The notes beneath the pieces were generated by a model, which worked only from the letters and a program-made list of their open reading frames with translations, made no database searches and was not told the origin of the DNA. A stretch of 64,000 nt of DNA. It comes from Prorocentrum cordatum (lineage: Eukaryota). Position numbers and translations under genes: made by a program. The stretch spans positions 1 through 64,000 of the forward strand of contig CAUYUJ010000033.1 in the NCBI GenBank assembly GCA_963575745.1, read 5' to 3'. This document shows positions 12,099 to 25,029 of this stretch, in pieces. Numbering within the stretch: position 1 is the stretch's first letter; each line of letters starts with the position of its first letter.

Positions 12099-15000
12099 AT
12101 GTCTTCTCTCCGCTTCCTGGGCTTCAACCCGCTGTGGGCGATCGGCGATCGTTTGAGTGAGATAATGGGCGAGACCAGAAATTTCGATGCAGTGGCTTTG
12201 GCAGGGACCAAGTGTGTGGATCATCCGCAGCAGGGTTTGCGTGTTCTTAGACAACGATGTGCAGGGCGTTTAGTTCTGGAATCGCCGTATTACAAGTCGC
12301 CGTATAGTAACAAGAGCTGCGGGTGTGCACTGGGATTTGGTAGTTATATTCGAGAGCAGAATATTATGATAACATGGGTCAGCCCCCCTGAGGCCAGAGG
12401 GAGAGCGCTGGCGGCCAGAGCAAAAAACGGTCCAATAGATATATGTCCGATGGTGGTGTAGTTTCCTCCACGCCCGAGGTATCGCGCTCATGGGCCTCAG
12501 TAGTTTGCTACAGTACGTCTCTTGGTGGCATGGATTTCAATGGTGCTGAGCGAACTACCACATAGGTGTACCCCGCTGCTATATTGTGATCTCAACGATG
12601 GTATTGGTCAGTCTCGTGGACCCCATGGGTGGGAAGATGTTGATTCAACGGCGGTCATAGATGTCCCCACGCAGGAGCAGCTCCCTCGAGGTGCAGGACA
12701 ACTTTTCAGATACTGTATGGAGTCCCACTACCTGGTGGCGGGCAACACGGCTGGCCAGCTACGACATTTTTCTTCGGTTCAGATGGCGTTTCGAGTCGCA
12801 TTGCTTACTTTTTTTTATCCGAAGGCTATGCAAAATTTGGTGAGAGGGTGCTACCCGTTGAAAGGGCTGGGGGGGGGGGCAAAATTGCAAGCAGCTCGAG
12901 GACAATCCCCTCGCGATCATATACCAGTCATGTGTACGATGATTTATGATAAAGCGGGCTTGCTTGGAGGACCATCTTCGGCTCGCGTGGGCTGGTTTCG
13001 TGATCTCATGATGGCGTCATTGCGGAGTGGCAAGTGCAGGCGAGATTTTCTTACCGCGGCGAAGGAAGGGATCGAGAAGTTACTTTTCGTCTTCTTGAAA
13101 GATCAGGCATCCCCAGATGAGCTGTTCGAACGGTTGGAGGATGTGGTCACTACTGCCGGGCAACGTATTTTGTTTTGTATCTAGTCGTACCAGTCATGAA
13201 TATAAGAAGAGTGCTGAGCGTCGTCGTCACCTACCGGCGGAGCGAGTTCGACGTCGCGGCTCAAAGCTGGGCGTGTCTGAAGCAGACGCACAGGAGGTGG
13301 ATGATGAGCGTCGCCGCGCTGCGCGATCTCTTCGTTCTCAGTTGATTGAAGAGGCATCGGTGCAACGGCGCAGGAGGTATATTTCTGACGCGCTCTCATT
13401 ATCCAGGCGTGCAGCTCGTTGCAGAACCGGCCCGAAGAATGGAGATGGGCGCCTGGTACAGGGGCCGCCCCCCAGTCGGGAGGAGTGGCTCCAAGCTTGG
13501 CGAGCTCCTGGGGGTGAAGGAGGTATGATGGTGAAGGAGGCGGACTGGGATGCTTGGCGGGCAGAGAGGGAGGGGGGGGTCTACGACTGGGACGTAACGC
13601 GGGAGGAACAGGAGCTTGCCCAGCAGGATCTGAAGTTGATTAGGTCTTACATCAAGCGGCCCCCGAAGAGGCGGGCTGTTCCAGATGGCACTGCTCCTCT
13701 CGAACTTTGGCATCAGCTACTATTCCCGAACTGGAGGGCCTCACAGCAAAAAGAGGGAGTAGGTTATGACGCGTCCATGCCCATGGTTCCTGGGTTCTGG
13801 TGGATCCTCTCAGTGGGCCTCGCGAAGGTTCGACACTTCCAGGTGGCCCCGCTATATTGGCATCGGAGTCGAGGGGCAGGGCTTCCAAAAAGTGTTCAAT
13901 GTGGTTCCCGAGGGAAAAATGGTACTACACGCGCTGCCTGTTCTGGGAAAAGCGTTCGATTCCAGGATGTTGAAGATTGCGCCCTCTCAACAATATCATG
14001 GCTTCATCGTCCGCAGGAGGCGAGAGGCTGCTATTTTCATCGCCCAGGTGAATTGCTGGCGATTGCGCCGTCTTCGGAGATCTTTCGCGATGAGCCTCAA
14101 GGATATGACAAACGCCTTTGGGAGCTCGGGCTGGTCCGAATTAGAGATCACTATTGCTCACTCCACCTCGGAGGAGAACCGCGCCCTCTGTCAGCAACGT
14201 TACGAGAATAGCATGGTTGAATTAACTGCGGAAGAGGGCCCCCTGTTGGTCAAGCCGTTCCAGGGCGGCGTCATGGGGGGGCCCTTCACTGTGGCCGCGT
14301 TCCTAGGTACTTTTTCTCGGGCCACGCTCCAGTGGGCTTATCAGTGGAGTCGATCAGACTCGATGTCCCGCTTCTTGGTGGCGAAATGGCAGGATTTCCA
14401 GAGTGGCCTCAGTTTGCTAATATACGCAGATGTTGTAAACAAAACAGCAGTGGCCTCCGACGAGATGGCCCTGGGGGACTTAGTCGGGAAGGTTCATGAG
14501 ATGGACGAGATTTTCGATTCGGTGTTGCAGCCGTTCGGGTACGTTCAGAACTTGAGGAAGCAAGAGTTTTTGACGTACTTCGCGTCCCAGGGAAATCGCG
14601 CCCGACAGATGGTTCGGAAAGGTATCTCGGGCATCCAGGGCACAATCAAGGATCGTGTGCGGTACCTGGGGCCCCACATTCGGGTGCGTGACTCTAGTCA
14701 TCAGGAGGTCACTAGGAGATGTTCGGCAGCGCGGACTGCATTCTATAGAGTTGGCGGCATCTGGTCGCTGGCGATCCCTTTTAAGCTGCGCAAGCTCTTG
14801 CTGGTGGGCAATGTGCAGAATGCCCTCCTCTCTGGCTTGGAAGCGTTTGTGCTCAGCAAGGCCGACTACTGTCGCTTGGACAGTTGCTTGGCCTCACTGG
14901 CACGAGTTGCGATGCTTGGTCGCGCCACGCACAAGGGGGGGAACCACGCGAGGTCCCTTTCCCACTCCCAGGTCCTTCTCTATTGGCGACTCTTGGACAG

Positions 15001-15745
15001 CGAGTGTGAGATGAGAATTCGTCGATTGAAGTGGTGCCAGTGTTGGGCTGCGAGACCCGGCCATCATATCCAGCCGTTGTGCGCGATGTTCGGGGACTTA
15101 GAGGGCGATGCAGAGCGTGGTTTCCCACCGCAGTTGCTCGAGGGGGCCCCATCTGAGGCGGCGCCCCCGTGGCTGAGCCAGATGACGCACGATCTCGAGT
15201 GTGCCGCAGGTGTCGTCGATAGCGAGGCGATCGATGTGCTGCTTCATGACATGAACGCGTTCATAATTAAAGAGAAGATGGAGGATTTTTGCATGCTAGA
15301 TATGGCTGTGCTCAGGGCTTCGAGGTCTCGGGTTCAGGCCCCACCAACAGGTTTCCTATTGCCGTCTGAATGGTTTGAGAGACCTCCAGCAGCTCCTGAT
15401 GGGGATCCACAGCTTAGATGTAGAGCAAGTACGGGGACGGGCTTATGTGGGGCTGCTTTTCACACACGTAAAACATTAATGAATCACGACAGGGCTCATC
15501 ATAATGCACGTAGTCTAGCACATGTGATCACACCGACAAACATATGTGTGCACTGCAGGCAGATATTTTCGAGTAAGATCACAGCTTGGAGGCATCTCTG
15601 GGGCTCAATCCTGAGGGGCAGTTGTTGTGCGACTGGGCCGTGGGCACTGAGGGAGTTACTTCAGCCTCGATAATTGAAGTGTCCATTATGTGATTATGAA
15701 ACTGGTGATCTCCCTGATGTATGTAACCATTTTGGCTTCTGAGCA
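12099..15745 (+). pseudogene. LINE-A pol: AP-endonuclease, reverse transcriptase, three C2H2 zinc fingers (frameshifts/stops)
   Basis: APE: MSSLRFLGFN.., YCDLND, PRDHIPV. RT: QYHGF..RRRE, KDMTNAF, QGGVMGG, IYADV (YADD variant), RYLG. Fingers: C..CGAAFHTRKTLMNHDRAHH, CVHCRQIF..RH, CPLC-x12-H-x4-H (last one needs a 1-nt frameshift correction). Confidence 0.9.
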
Positions 15746-15806
15746 TATTCCATGGAAGTTGCCTCCATTCAGTGCCGATCATAGTGCGCGTATAGAGCGG
15801 CCCAAG

Positions 15807-16547
15807 ATGGAGCTTGCGATGCCATCGTGGTTCAGCGGCAAGAAGCGCGAGGGCGACAATGCAGAGCCGCCCAGCGCTGGAGCAGCATGCAGCGCGACGA
15901 GAAGCCGCGCGAAGACGGCCAAGAAGGACGGCGGCAAGGGCGGCGGCAAGGACATGGCGAAGGTCGTGGCCCAGGTCGTGCGCCTGCTGCTCACCGTGAC
16001 GCGCGAGCTCGGGGACGTGGCGAGCGTCGTGTTCCTCAGGTGGGACATCGCCCCCGATCGAGGGCTTCTAGCGTGCCTGGCTGTGCAAGGCAAGAAGTGC
16101 GACGACCAGAGCAAAGACATGAGGGCCAAGCAGGCCGAGGGAGTGGAGCAGGACGTCAAAGCGAGGGGTCCGCCACACATGCACATATTCGTGTCGGCGA
16201 TGCAGTATTGCGCCACGCGAACTCCTACAGCGGGGTCTACGGAGGAGGCCGAGAAGACACTCAATCAGGACAGCAAGGAATGGTGGACACAGTACATGAG
16301 GGAGGAGATTCCGCTGAAGGAGATTGGGAGGGCAGCGCCGTACTTCAGGCGCAAGCCTCTGCGCAAGGAGAACAGGTGTATCATCATGATGAGGACGGAC
16401 TTCAACAAGCCAATGGGAGTGGAAGCGCCTCGAATCCTGGAGGCGGTGATCGAGGCCGAGGGCGGAGAGTTCCTGCTGGGTTCAGCTCCGAGGGGGCCCA
16501 TCGAGCGGGAGCTTCTGGCCTGGGTGAACAAGTCCGACGGAGCTTGA
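15807..16547 (+). CDS. Intact 246-aa ORF of unknown function inside the LINE-A 3' region
   Basis: Open, non-repetitive, GC3-rich coding sequence (MELAMPSWF...KKDGGKGGGK...GPPHMH...GSAPRGPIERELLAW) lying between the RT and the tail/TSD. Confidence 0.7.
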   Translation: MELAMPSWFSGKKREGDNAEPPSAGAACSATRSRAKTAKKDGGKGGGKDMAKVVAQVVRLLLTVTRELGDVASVVFLRWDIAPDRGLLACLAVQGKKCDDQSKDMRAKQAEGVEQDVKARGPPHMHIFVSAMQYCATRTPTAGSTEEAEKTLNQDSKEWWTQYMREEIPLKEIGRAAPYFRRKPLRKENRCIIMMRTDFNKPMGVEAPRILEAVIEAEGGEFLLGSAPRGPIERELLAWVNKSDGA

Positions 16548-17991
16548 GTGCGAGCCCGCGGCTGCAAGAGTTGATTTCGAGAGGATTGGTGGCGCCAGGT
16601 GTGCTGGGCCGACCTGGGCGAACTGCTGCAACATGCAGTGACCCTGGGCTGCCGCCTATCCCGACTGTAGTGCTGGCTCGTAGCCGATCGTTGCTTGATA
16701 GAGGAAAGGGGGGCGGGGTGGTGGGTCGGAGCGGGGGCGGGGGAGGAGAGGAGCTTCCTGAGCCTGTGGGCTGACGGCCTCTTGCGGGCTGCGTGCCCGC
16801 TGGCTTGTCAGACGGGGCCAGTGCCTCTGTTGGGGTGAGCGAAGGTCTCGCCTTAGTGAGTAAAGTGGGGTCCGTAGTGACCCGCCTCAGAGTCCTAGTG
16901 CGTGTCGAATTGCAGCTTGAGTTCAGGCAGTGGTGCAGTGCGGCAGGGTGCACAGTCAGGATTCCATGAGTTGGTCTAAGGTCTAAGGTCTCCTGGCAGG
17001 GGCCCGACGGTACACCCGCCCAAGAGCGCGCGGCTGCGCGGTGGGTCCATCGCCGAGCTAGCGGCGAGGCGTCGCCGATTCGAGCTCGACGCCTCCTCCC
17101 CGAACCTCCTCCTCCTCCTTCTCCCCCTCCTCCTTTTCCTCCTCCTCCTCCTCCTCCTCCTCCTCCTCCTCCCCCTCCTCCTCCTCCAGTCTCCCCCTGT
17201 TGTTGCTCCTCAATCGCAGGCGGGGCCCCCTTTTGGCGCCAGGCGGCGGGCAGGGGGCCGAGGGAGGAGGGCGGAAAGGGGGCGGCCTCATCGCCGCGCG
17301 GATTGGTTCCAGAACGTTACAGCAGCCGCCAGGGTGGAGTGAGGTTGGTTTGCGACATGGGGCTCTCGCTTGAGGCCGCCCTGGAAGTCAAACGGCCAGA
17401 TGGTGGAAGACATGAAACCATTGCACGGTTCAAGGGATGCGCTCTCAAAATGGGGCTCTCGCTTTAGCGTCCTTCAACTCAGCGGTCCGACGCGTGGAAC
17501 AGTTGCACGGATGCGGGGCGGCTCCTTTCCAATGTGGGGCCTCGCTTGACGCCTCGCTGAGCGGTATGATCGTTCCCGTGCGCTCTTTCCAATTCGCCAG
17601 AAGGATGCAAGGCACTGTTTTTTTCAACACGGGGCTCTTGCCCGACTGCCTGGCACACGGGGTGCTCGTCTTTCACGGGGGCGTCTCGTGTGGCGGAAAG
17701 GAACGCGTGCATGGATGTACGAAGAGGGATCTTGGGAAGGAGAGGTGTGCTGCAGCGTCGTTGATGTATCCCCTTTGGTTGACTCCGGTCCTGCTCGTTC
17801 TCCTCCTCCTCCACGCTCCTCCTCCCTGCTCCTCATCCTTCCCCTTTCTCCGTTCCTTCCTTGTATATAATTCTTCCAGTCGCGTCCCGACGCGTGTCGG
17901 TAGGGCGGGCCGGCCGAATCGCCTGAGGTTCTTTCGCCATTTCTATGATTATTCTGTGTTGGTAGGGCCTGCTCTAAGGCTCTCGCCATAG

Positions 17992-18915
17992 CGCCGCGCG
18001 CATTCATCTCAAAAGTGTGCAGGGGCTTCGCGGATGCTTGGCGGGCCGTTTTCAACATGTGGTTCTCGCCTACGCGCCGCGCGCATTCGTCTCAAAAGTT
18101 TGCAGGAGCCTCACGGATGGAGGGCGGGTGGTTGTCATAATGTGGTTCTCGCTTTGGCGCCGCGCACATTGGTCTTAAAAATTGTGCAGGGCGTTCTCGG
18201 ATGAACGGCGTGCAGATTGCAACATCTGGCATTCGCGTAAGAACAGCGCGCATTCGTTATGAAAGTTTGCCATCGTTTCGCGGGAGGAACGCTGGTGATT
18301 TTCAAAATGTGGCTCTCGGTTTAGCGCCGCGCAAATTTGTTGTAAACGGCTTTGCAAGAGTTTCATGGGTGTGTGGTGGGGGGAGGTCAAAATGTGGTTC
18401 TCGCTTCGGCGCCGCGCAGATTCCTTGTAAAAAGGTTCCGCCAGAGTTTCACGGATGGAAGGCGGGTGGTTTTCAAAATGTGATTCTCGCTTCAGCGACG
18501 CGCCCACTTGTTTCAAAAGTTTCCCAGGGCTTCACGGATGGAGGGCGGATGCTTTTCAAGATGTGGATCTTGCTTCGGCGCCGCGCATTTTCGTCCTTGA
18601 AGCTTGCAAGAGTTTTATGGATGGACGGCGGGAGAGACCAAAATGTGGTTCTCGCTTGGTTGTGAAAAGGTTCTGCAAGAGGTTCACGGACGGAAGGCGG
18701 GTGGGTTTCAACATGTGATTCTCTGCTTAGCGCCGCGCCCATTCGTTCCAACCGTTAACAAAAACTTCACGGATGGAGGGTGGGTGTTCTTCAAAATGTG
18801 GATCTTACCTTGGCGCCGCGCACATTCGTCCTTGAAGTTTGCAGGAGCTTCACGGATGGAGGGTTGTTATCAAAATGCGGTTCTCGCCGTAGCGCCGCGC
18901 ATATTCGTTTCGTAA
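17992..18915. repeat. ~83-bp minisatellite, ~11 diverged copies
   Basis: Unit CGCCGCGCGCATTCGTCTCAAAAGTTTGCAGGAGCTTCACGGATGGAGGGCGGGTGGTTTTCAAAATGTGGTTCTCGC...; starts at 17992, 18075, 18158; eroded copies back to ~17290. Confidence 0.85.
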
Positions 18916-19469
18916 ATGTACAACAGTTCTACGTGCTCTTATGGTTGACGTGTCAGAAGTGGTGGTCTGGCACGATTGAGGATTGTCAGGTCTCAGCAGT
19001 CAAGGTGATCCGTGGTGTTGAGGTCGCAGAAACGGTGTTCTGGCGCGACGCAGCATCGTCAGGACGCGACAATGAGGTTGCTTCGCGGCGCTGAAGTCCA
19101 AAGAGTGGTGTCTTGGCACGATGGAGGATTCTCAGCCAGTTGTCTTCCCACGGTGCTCTTTCTGGAGAAACGCGGCGCCCCCAGGGTACTGCCATTCCCT
19201 CCCCTGTTCTCATCCCTGCTCCCTCCTCCTCCTCCTCCTCCTCCTCCTCCTCCTCATCCTACTGGTCACTGCTCCATCCTCCCTGCTCCTCTCCTCGCTG
19301 CTCCCTCCTCGCTGCTCCCTCCTCCCTGCCTCCTCCTCCTCGCTGCCCTTTCCTCCCCCCTCCCTCCGCCTCGCTGCTCCCTCCTCCTCGTTGCTTCCTC
19401 TCCCTCCTCCCTCCGCCCTTGTGATCCGACGTCGCGAAAAAATGCAACATCGCGAAAATTCACGACCAA

Positions 19470-19646
19470 CCCTGGCTCCTGATCCGCCGTACTTTGGATG
19501 ATTTTCCGACCTAAAATTGTGTCGGAAATCGACGCCAAAGGAGCCTCAAGGGCGGAAATCGACGCTCAAAGGGGCCTCAAAAGTAGGGCGGAAATTTCCG
19601 CCCTACTTTCGAAATTGCCCAAAGTAGGGCGGATCAGGAGTCAGGG
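19470..19646. mobile_element. MITE, inverted copy of 6469-6645, 2-bp TSD AA
   Basis: Reverse complement nearly identical to 6469-6645; AA on both flanks. Confidence 0.9.
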
Positions 19647-20469
19647 AAGGCCCTAGACCCATCCTTTAGTGGCATTTCCCAGGCCGCCTCCATGCGCGAT
19701 AGCCGGGGGGAAAAGATTGCAACGCCCAGATCACAGGATCCCTCCCCCCTTTGTTTTTGGGGTCGCAGCTCGGGTCTCCGGCGGCTCCTCCTCCTCCTCC
19801 TCCTCCTCCTCCTCCTTCTCCTCCTCAATCCTCCTCCTCCTTCTCCTCCTCATGTTCCTGCTCCTGCTCCTGCTGCTGCTCCTCCTCCTCCTCCTCTTCT
19901 TCCTCCTCCGCCTGCTCCTGCTCCTCCTCCTCCCCCTCCTCCTCCTCCTCCTCCTCCTCCTCCTCCTCCTGCTCCTGCTCCTCCTCCGCCTGCTCCTCCA
20001 CCTCCTGCGCTTCCCTCCTCCGCCCCCTCCTCCTCCTCCTCCTCCTCCTCCCCTCCTCATCCTCCTCCTCTCCTCATCATACTCCTACGTCCTCCTTCTC
20101 TTCCTCCTCCTCCTCCTCCTCCTCCTCCTCCTCCTCCTCCTCCCCCTCATCCCCTCACCAGTTCGGGACCCGAAGTTCGGGAGTGGGGGATCTGGCGGGG
20201 GTGGATGGGCGGGGGGGGGGTGCGGTCCTCACTCTCCCCTGTTCCTTCCCCTCGCCTCCCGCCCCGCGGGCGGCGGGCTTTCTGGGTAGCGGGCCACGGT
20301 TGCGCACGGGCGGCGTGTTGCGTGGCCTCGTCGCGCGCGGGCTTTGGTGGTTGCTCCTCCTCCTCCTCCTCCTCCTCCTCCTCCTCCTCCCTCCTCCGTT
20401 TCCTCCTCCTCCCCCTCCTCCTCCTCCTCCCCCTCCTCCTCCTCCTCCTCCTTCTCCTTCTCCTCCTCC

Positions 20470-21760
20470 AACGTCCGCACCTACGCCGGCGCCGACGTCG
20501 GCACCAATTCCAGCGCCTTCGTCGGTACCAACGGCAGCGCCTACACCGGCACCGACGCCAGCGCCTGCGCTGAAGTTTGCGCCGGCCCGGCACCATCACC
20601 GACGCCAGCATCAACGCTGGCGATTACGCGGGCACTAACGCCAGCGCCTGCCCCAGCACCGACGACAGCACCGACTCCAGCGCCAACGCCTGCGCCTACG
20701 CTGACACTGTCGCCAGCGCCTACATCAGCACCGACATAAGCACCGTCGCCAGCACAGGCGCCAGCACCAATGCCGGCGCCTACGCCGACACCGACGCCAG
20801 CGCCGACGACAGCATCAACGCCTGCGCCTACGCCGGCACCATTGCCGGAGTCTACACCAGCACCGACGTCAGCACCGACGCCAGCTCCTACGTCGGCGCC
20901 TGCGCCGGCACTGACGCCAGCGCCTTCACCCGCACCGACGCCAGCTCCGACGCCAGCACCAACGCCGGCGCCTATGCCAGCGCCGACGTCAGCACCGACG
21001 CCAGCAGCAACACCTGCGCCTACGCCGGCACCAAGCACCGATGTCAGCACCAATGCGGCGCCTATGCCGGTGACACCAACGCCTGCGCCTACATCAGCGC
21101 AGGCGCCTACTTCGCGAGGAGCAGTGTGGGCACTGTCTGGACGAGCAGCGCCGTTTCTAATAGCATAGGTACGGCTGTAACGTGCTCGAGCAGCACCGCG
21201 CAGGCCAGCAGTAGCAAGGCGACATCCACGGCCAGTTCCACGAGGGGCTACACGACACCAGCCAGCAGCGAGGTGAGCCCAGGCAGCACGAGCAGCGCGA
21301 CTGCTAATTGCACTGGTATTTCGATGCACTTTTGACTTCTGTCGAGTTGCACCCCAAGTGCCAGTAGCCGCACGGCGACATCCACGACCAGTTCCACGGT
21401 GAGATTCACGACGAAGGTGAGCAGCAGTTTGAGCGTGCGCCGGTCGAGCAGCGCGACTTTCGGTATACACCCGCGCCGACGCCAGCACGGACGCCAGCAC
21501 GTGCGCCTATGCCACTCCAGCGACGGCGCCTCCACCGACGCCAGCGTGCCGGTGTGTTACCCGACTCACCAGTGTTCCAGGCGCTACCGCTGGCGACTAC
21601 GCCAGCGCCGACGCCAGCAACGACGCCAGCACCATCACCTGCGCCTCAGCTGACTCCAACGCAAGCGCCTACACCCGCGCCGACGCCAGGGCCGGCGCCA
21701 GCGCTAGCGCCAGGGCCAACACCAGCGCCGACGCCACCACCGACGCCAGCGCCGCACCCG
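20470..21760 (+). repeat. 12-bp (CCGACGCCAGCG) repeat array encoding PTPA repeats with an S/T-rich insert; possible mucin-like pseudogene
   Basis: Reads (PTPA)n in shifting frames, broken by frameshifts and stops; no flanking globular domain identified. Confidence 0.55.
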
Positions 21761-23279
21761 GGAGCTGCCCGAATCAACAGTGTTCCACGGCGTCCGCCAT
21801 GACGGAGTCAAGCACCACATCGTGGTCAATCAGTACGGAATTGAGCGCTACCACTGACCTCTATGACACACTCGGGCACCACGCCAGCACCTAGCACTAT
21901 GGACTCTAGTATCTGGGCTGGCAGCCTCAGGGATCCCATCACCATGAAACAGCAACAAGACGGGCTCCAGCATTACGACGTTGAGCAGCTCGATGGGCAA
22001 CAGCAGCCCGTTCCAGGTGGGTAACGTCGCTCACCATGATGGGGTCCACCACGGCGGAGTCGCGCCGCCACCTCAACTTCGGCGAGTGGTTCCAGTACCA
22101 ACGACAGGTCGACGCTGGGCGCCGCCGAGTGGTCCCTCCAGGCCGACTCCTGCGTGATTCTGTGAGGCCGCCGCGGCTTTTTGCGTCGGGCGGCGCTGCG
22201 GTTCCTTCGCGTGTCCGCGCCTCCTTTTTTTTTTTTCTCTCTCTCTCTCTCTCTCTTTCTCTTCCTTTCTCTCGTGCATGCCTTAGTGGTCAGAGTTATT
22301 TTTTTCGTCTTGGTTTCGCATGACAGCCCGCACGTACTAGGCTCCGCTCCGGGCGTGCATGTCTGCGTGGCGTCGGGGCCCCGCCTTTACAACCATCTCA
22401 TTGACTCTAATGTTTTCGGCGTCTGCGGTTCTGCGCTCCTGGCGGTACCTCGCCTGTCACTGTAGTTGGTTTGCCGACTTGTGGAGCCTTCGGCTGTGAG
22501 CAGGTAGCGGCCAGTATTTTGGTCTGCCTTCTCTCTTCCTTCTCTCTCTCTCTCTTTCTCTTCCTCCCTTGTTCCCCTCCTCGGTCCTCCCTCCTGGCTT
22601 GACGTTGTGTGTGTGTGTGTTTGAATGTTTTTGATCTGGCCGTTTGGGCCATTGGTGATCGGTGCGCAGCGCCCTTGCCCCTTCTTCTCCTCCTCCTCCT
22701 CCTCGTTGGGCCTGCGAATTTTCTGGACACGTTCGGGTCAACGACACTGGACCACGACATCTTGGTGTCCAGCGTTTTGGGGCAGCCGACTCCTTGTAGC
22801 GAGCTCTTGGTGGCGTGTTCGCGGTGGGGGAAAATCCTCCTCCTCCTCCTCCTCCTCCTCCTCCTCCTCCTCCTCCTCCTCCTCCTCCTCCTCCTCCTCC
22901 TCCTCCTCCCCCTCCTCCTCATCCTCCTCTCCTCCTCCTCATCCTCCTCCTCCGCCTCTTCCTCCTCTCCTCCTCCTCCTCCTTCCTGACGCTCTTCCTC
23001 CTCTTCTTCCACGCTCCTCCTCCTCCTCCTCCTCCTCCTCCTCCTCCTCTCCTCTCCTCCTCCTCTCCTCTCGCTCTCCTCTTCTCCTCATCTCCTCCTC
23101 CGCCTCCTCCTGCTCCCGCTCCTCTCCTCCTCCTCCCCCTCCTCCTCCTCCTCCTCCTCCTCCTCCTCCTCCTTCTCGTCTTCCTCCTTCTCCTCTCCCT
23201 CCTCCTTCACTTCCTCCTCATCCTCCTCATCGTCCTCCTCCTCCTCCGCCTCCTCCTCCAACAATAACAACACAACAAA

Positions 23280-23700
23280 GGGTGGTTCACCCCAGTGGTG
23301 CAGACGTGGAGCAAGAGAACATTGTGCGGGCCCGCCGAGGTGCTTTCGGGTCCAGGCCAAGAGTGGGGGAGGCACACTGCCTCGAAAGCGACAGCGACCG
23401 AATGGTTCAAAAATGCTTGCGTTCCCCCCCCCCTCCTTCCACGTGAATGCCAAGTTCCCCCGAGCACCCGACGGACGGAGTTTACATCATTTCGCAGGCG
23501 GCTGGGCGCATCCCTCACACGCCCTTCGGTATCACAAAGACCTTGGAATGTGGTTTTGTGGGTCGTGCGGAGTTGTCGGTCAGACCCAGCTCAGGGGTCT
23601 AGGTTACCCATGCCAACCCCACTTAATCACCAAGGCCAGGCGCGACCTGTTCCCCAAGTGCTGAGCTTAGCCTGTGTTAAACACTACGTGATGGCGGACA
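23280..23700 (+). pseudogene. 3' fragment of an RNase H-type LINE (C-terminal Cys motif)
   Basis: HPSHAL...WFCGSCG....LRGLGYPC parallels FICLRCKCYS...VRGLGGIC at the C-terminus of LINE-B in this window. Confidence 0.55.
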
Positions 23701-24033
23701 TCCTGGAAGTCCTACTCCTCCTCCTCCTCCTCCTCCTCTTCCTCCTCCTCCTCCTCCTTTTCCTTCTCATCCTCCTCCTCTTCCTCCTCCTCCGCCTCCT
23801 CCTCCTCCTCCTCCTCCTCCTCCTCCCTCTCCTCCTCCTCCCCCTCCTCGTTCTTCCTCCCCCTCGTCCTCGTTCTTCCTCCTGCGTGTCCTCTGCTTCC
23901 TCCCTCTCCTCCTCCTCCTCCTCCTCCTCCCCTTCCTCCTCATCCTTCTCCTCCGCCTTCTCCTCCTCCTTCTCCTCCTCCTCCTCCCCTCCTCCATCCG
24001 CCTGCTTCCCCCTCCTTCCGACGCCTCCTCTCG

Positions 24034-24149
24034 ATGACGACGACGACGGCGGCGACGACGACGGCCACGGCCACGGCCACGGTCACGGACGGCCACGGTC
24101 ACGGCCACGGCGACGCCGACGACGCCGAACGCGACGGCGACGGCGACGA

Positions 24150-24180
<31 letters not shown>

Positions 24181-24356
24181 AACGACGACAACGACGACGA
24201 CGGCGACGACGACGGCCACGACGACGGCCACGGCCACGGCCACGGTCACGGCCACGGTCACGGCCACGGCGGCGGCGACGACGCCGAACGCGACGGCGAC
24301 GGCGACGGTTGTAGCCACGGCGACGGCCACGGCCACGGCCACGGCGGCGGCGGCGA

Positions 24357-24409
<53 letters not shown>

Positions 24410-24412
24410 ACG
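24034..24412. repeat. (GAC)n/(GGCCAC)n microsatellite
   Basis: Direct observation. Confidence 0.9.
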
Positions 24413-25029
24413 TGCTTCGAGAGACGGGCGCCCGAGTGTTGGCGCGCAGGGGCTGCTCCTGGATTTCCCCCGCGCGCGCTTGGCCTCCCGCGGGGAGCGG
24501 CCGCCGCCGAGGCCGCCGCGCCGCAGCCGCGCGGTCCCCCTCTCTGCAGGTTTGTGGTCGTCGTCCTCCTCCTCCTCCTCCTCCTCCTCCTCCTCCTGCC
24601 CCTCATCCTCCTCCTACTCCTCTATTATCCTCCTCCTCCTCCTCCTCCTCCTCCTCCTCCTTCCCCTCCTCCTCCTCATCTTCCTGTTCCGTACATCCTC
24701 CTTCTTCCCTCCTCCATCCTCCCTCCTCCCTCCTCCTCTTCTTCCCTTTTTCCCCCCCCCTCCTCCTCCTGCTCCTCCTCCTCTCCTCCTCCTCCTCCTC
24801 CCTCCTCCCTCCTCACTCCTCCTCCTCCTCCTCCTCCTCCTCCTCCTCCTCCCCGTCCCCCCGCCCTCATGTTCCCTCCCTCTCGTGTTCCTACCTCCTC
24901 CTCCTCCTCCTCCTCCCTTCCCTCCCTCCTCCTCCTCCTCCTCCTCCGCCTCCTTACCTCCCCTCTTCGCCCTCTTCCTCCTCTTCGTGACCCACGTTCC
25001 TCCTCCTCCCCTCCTCCCTCACCATCCCA

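Larger units (their letters stand above)
11987..16992 (+). mobile_element. Non-LTR retrotransposon (LINE-A): APE-RT-C2H2 plus downstream ORF, (GTCTAAG)n tail
   Basis: 10-bp TSD CTGGCAGGGG at 11977-11986 and 16993-17002; 3' tail GGTCTAAGGTCTAAGGTCT; APE and RT motifs inside. Confidence 0.9.

Noticed and set aside
17992..18915. CRISPR-like periodicity
   Set aside because: No unique spacers, no cas genes, eukaryotic context.
21960..22200. Possible minus-strand exon (WYWNHSPKLRW...)
   Set aside because: Short, frameshifted, with no recognisable family or partner exons.
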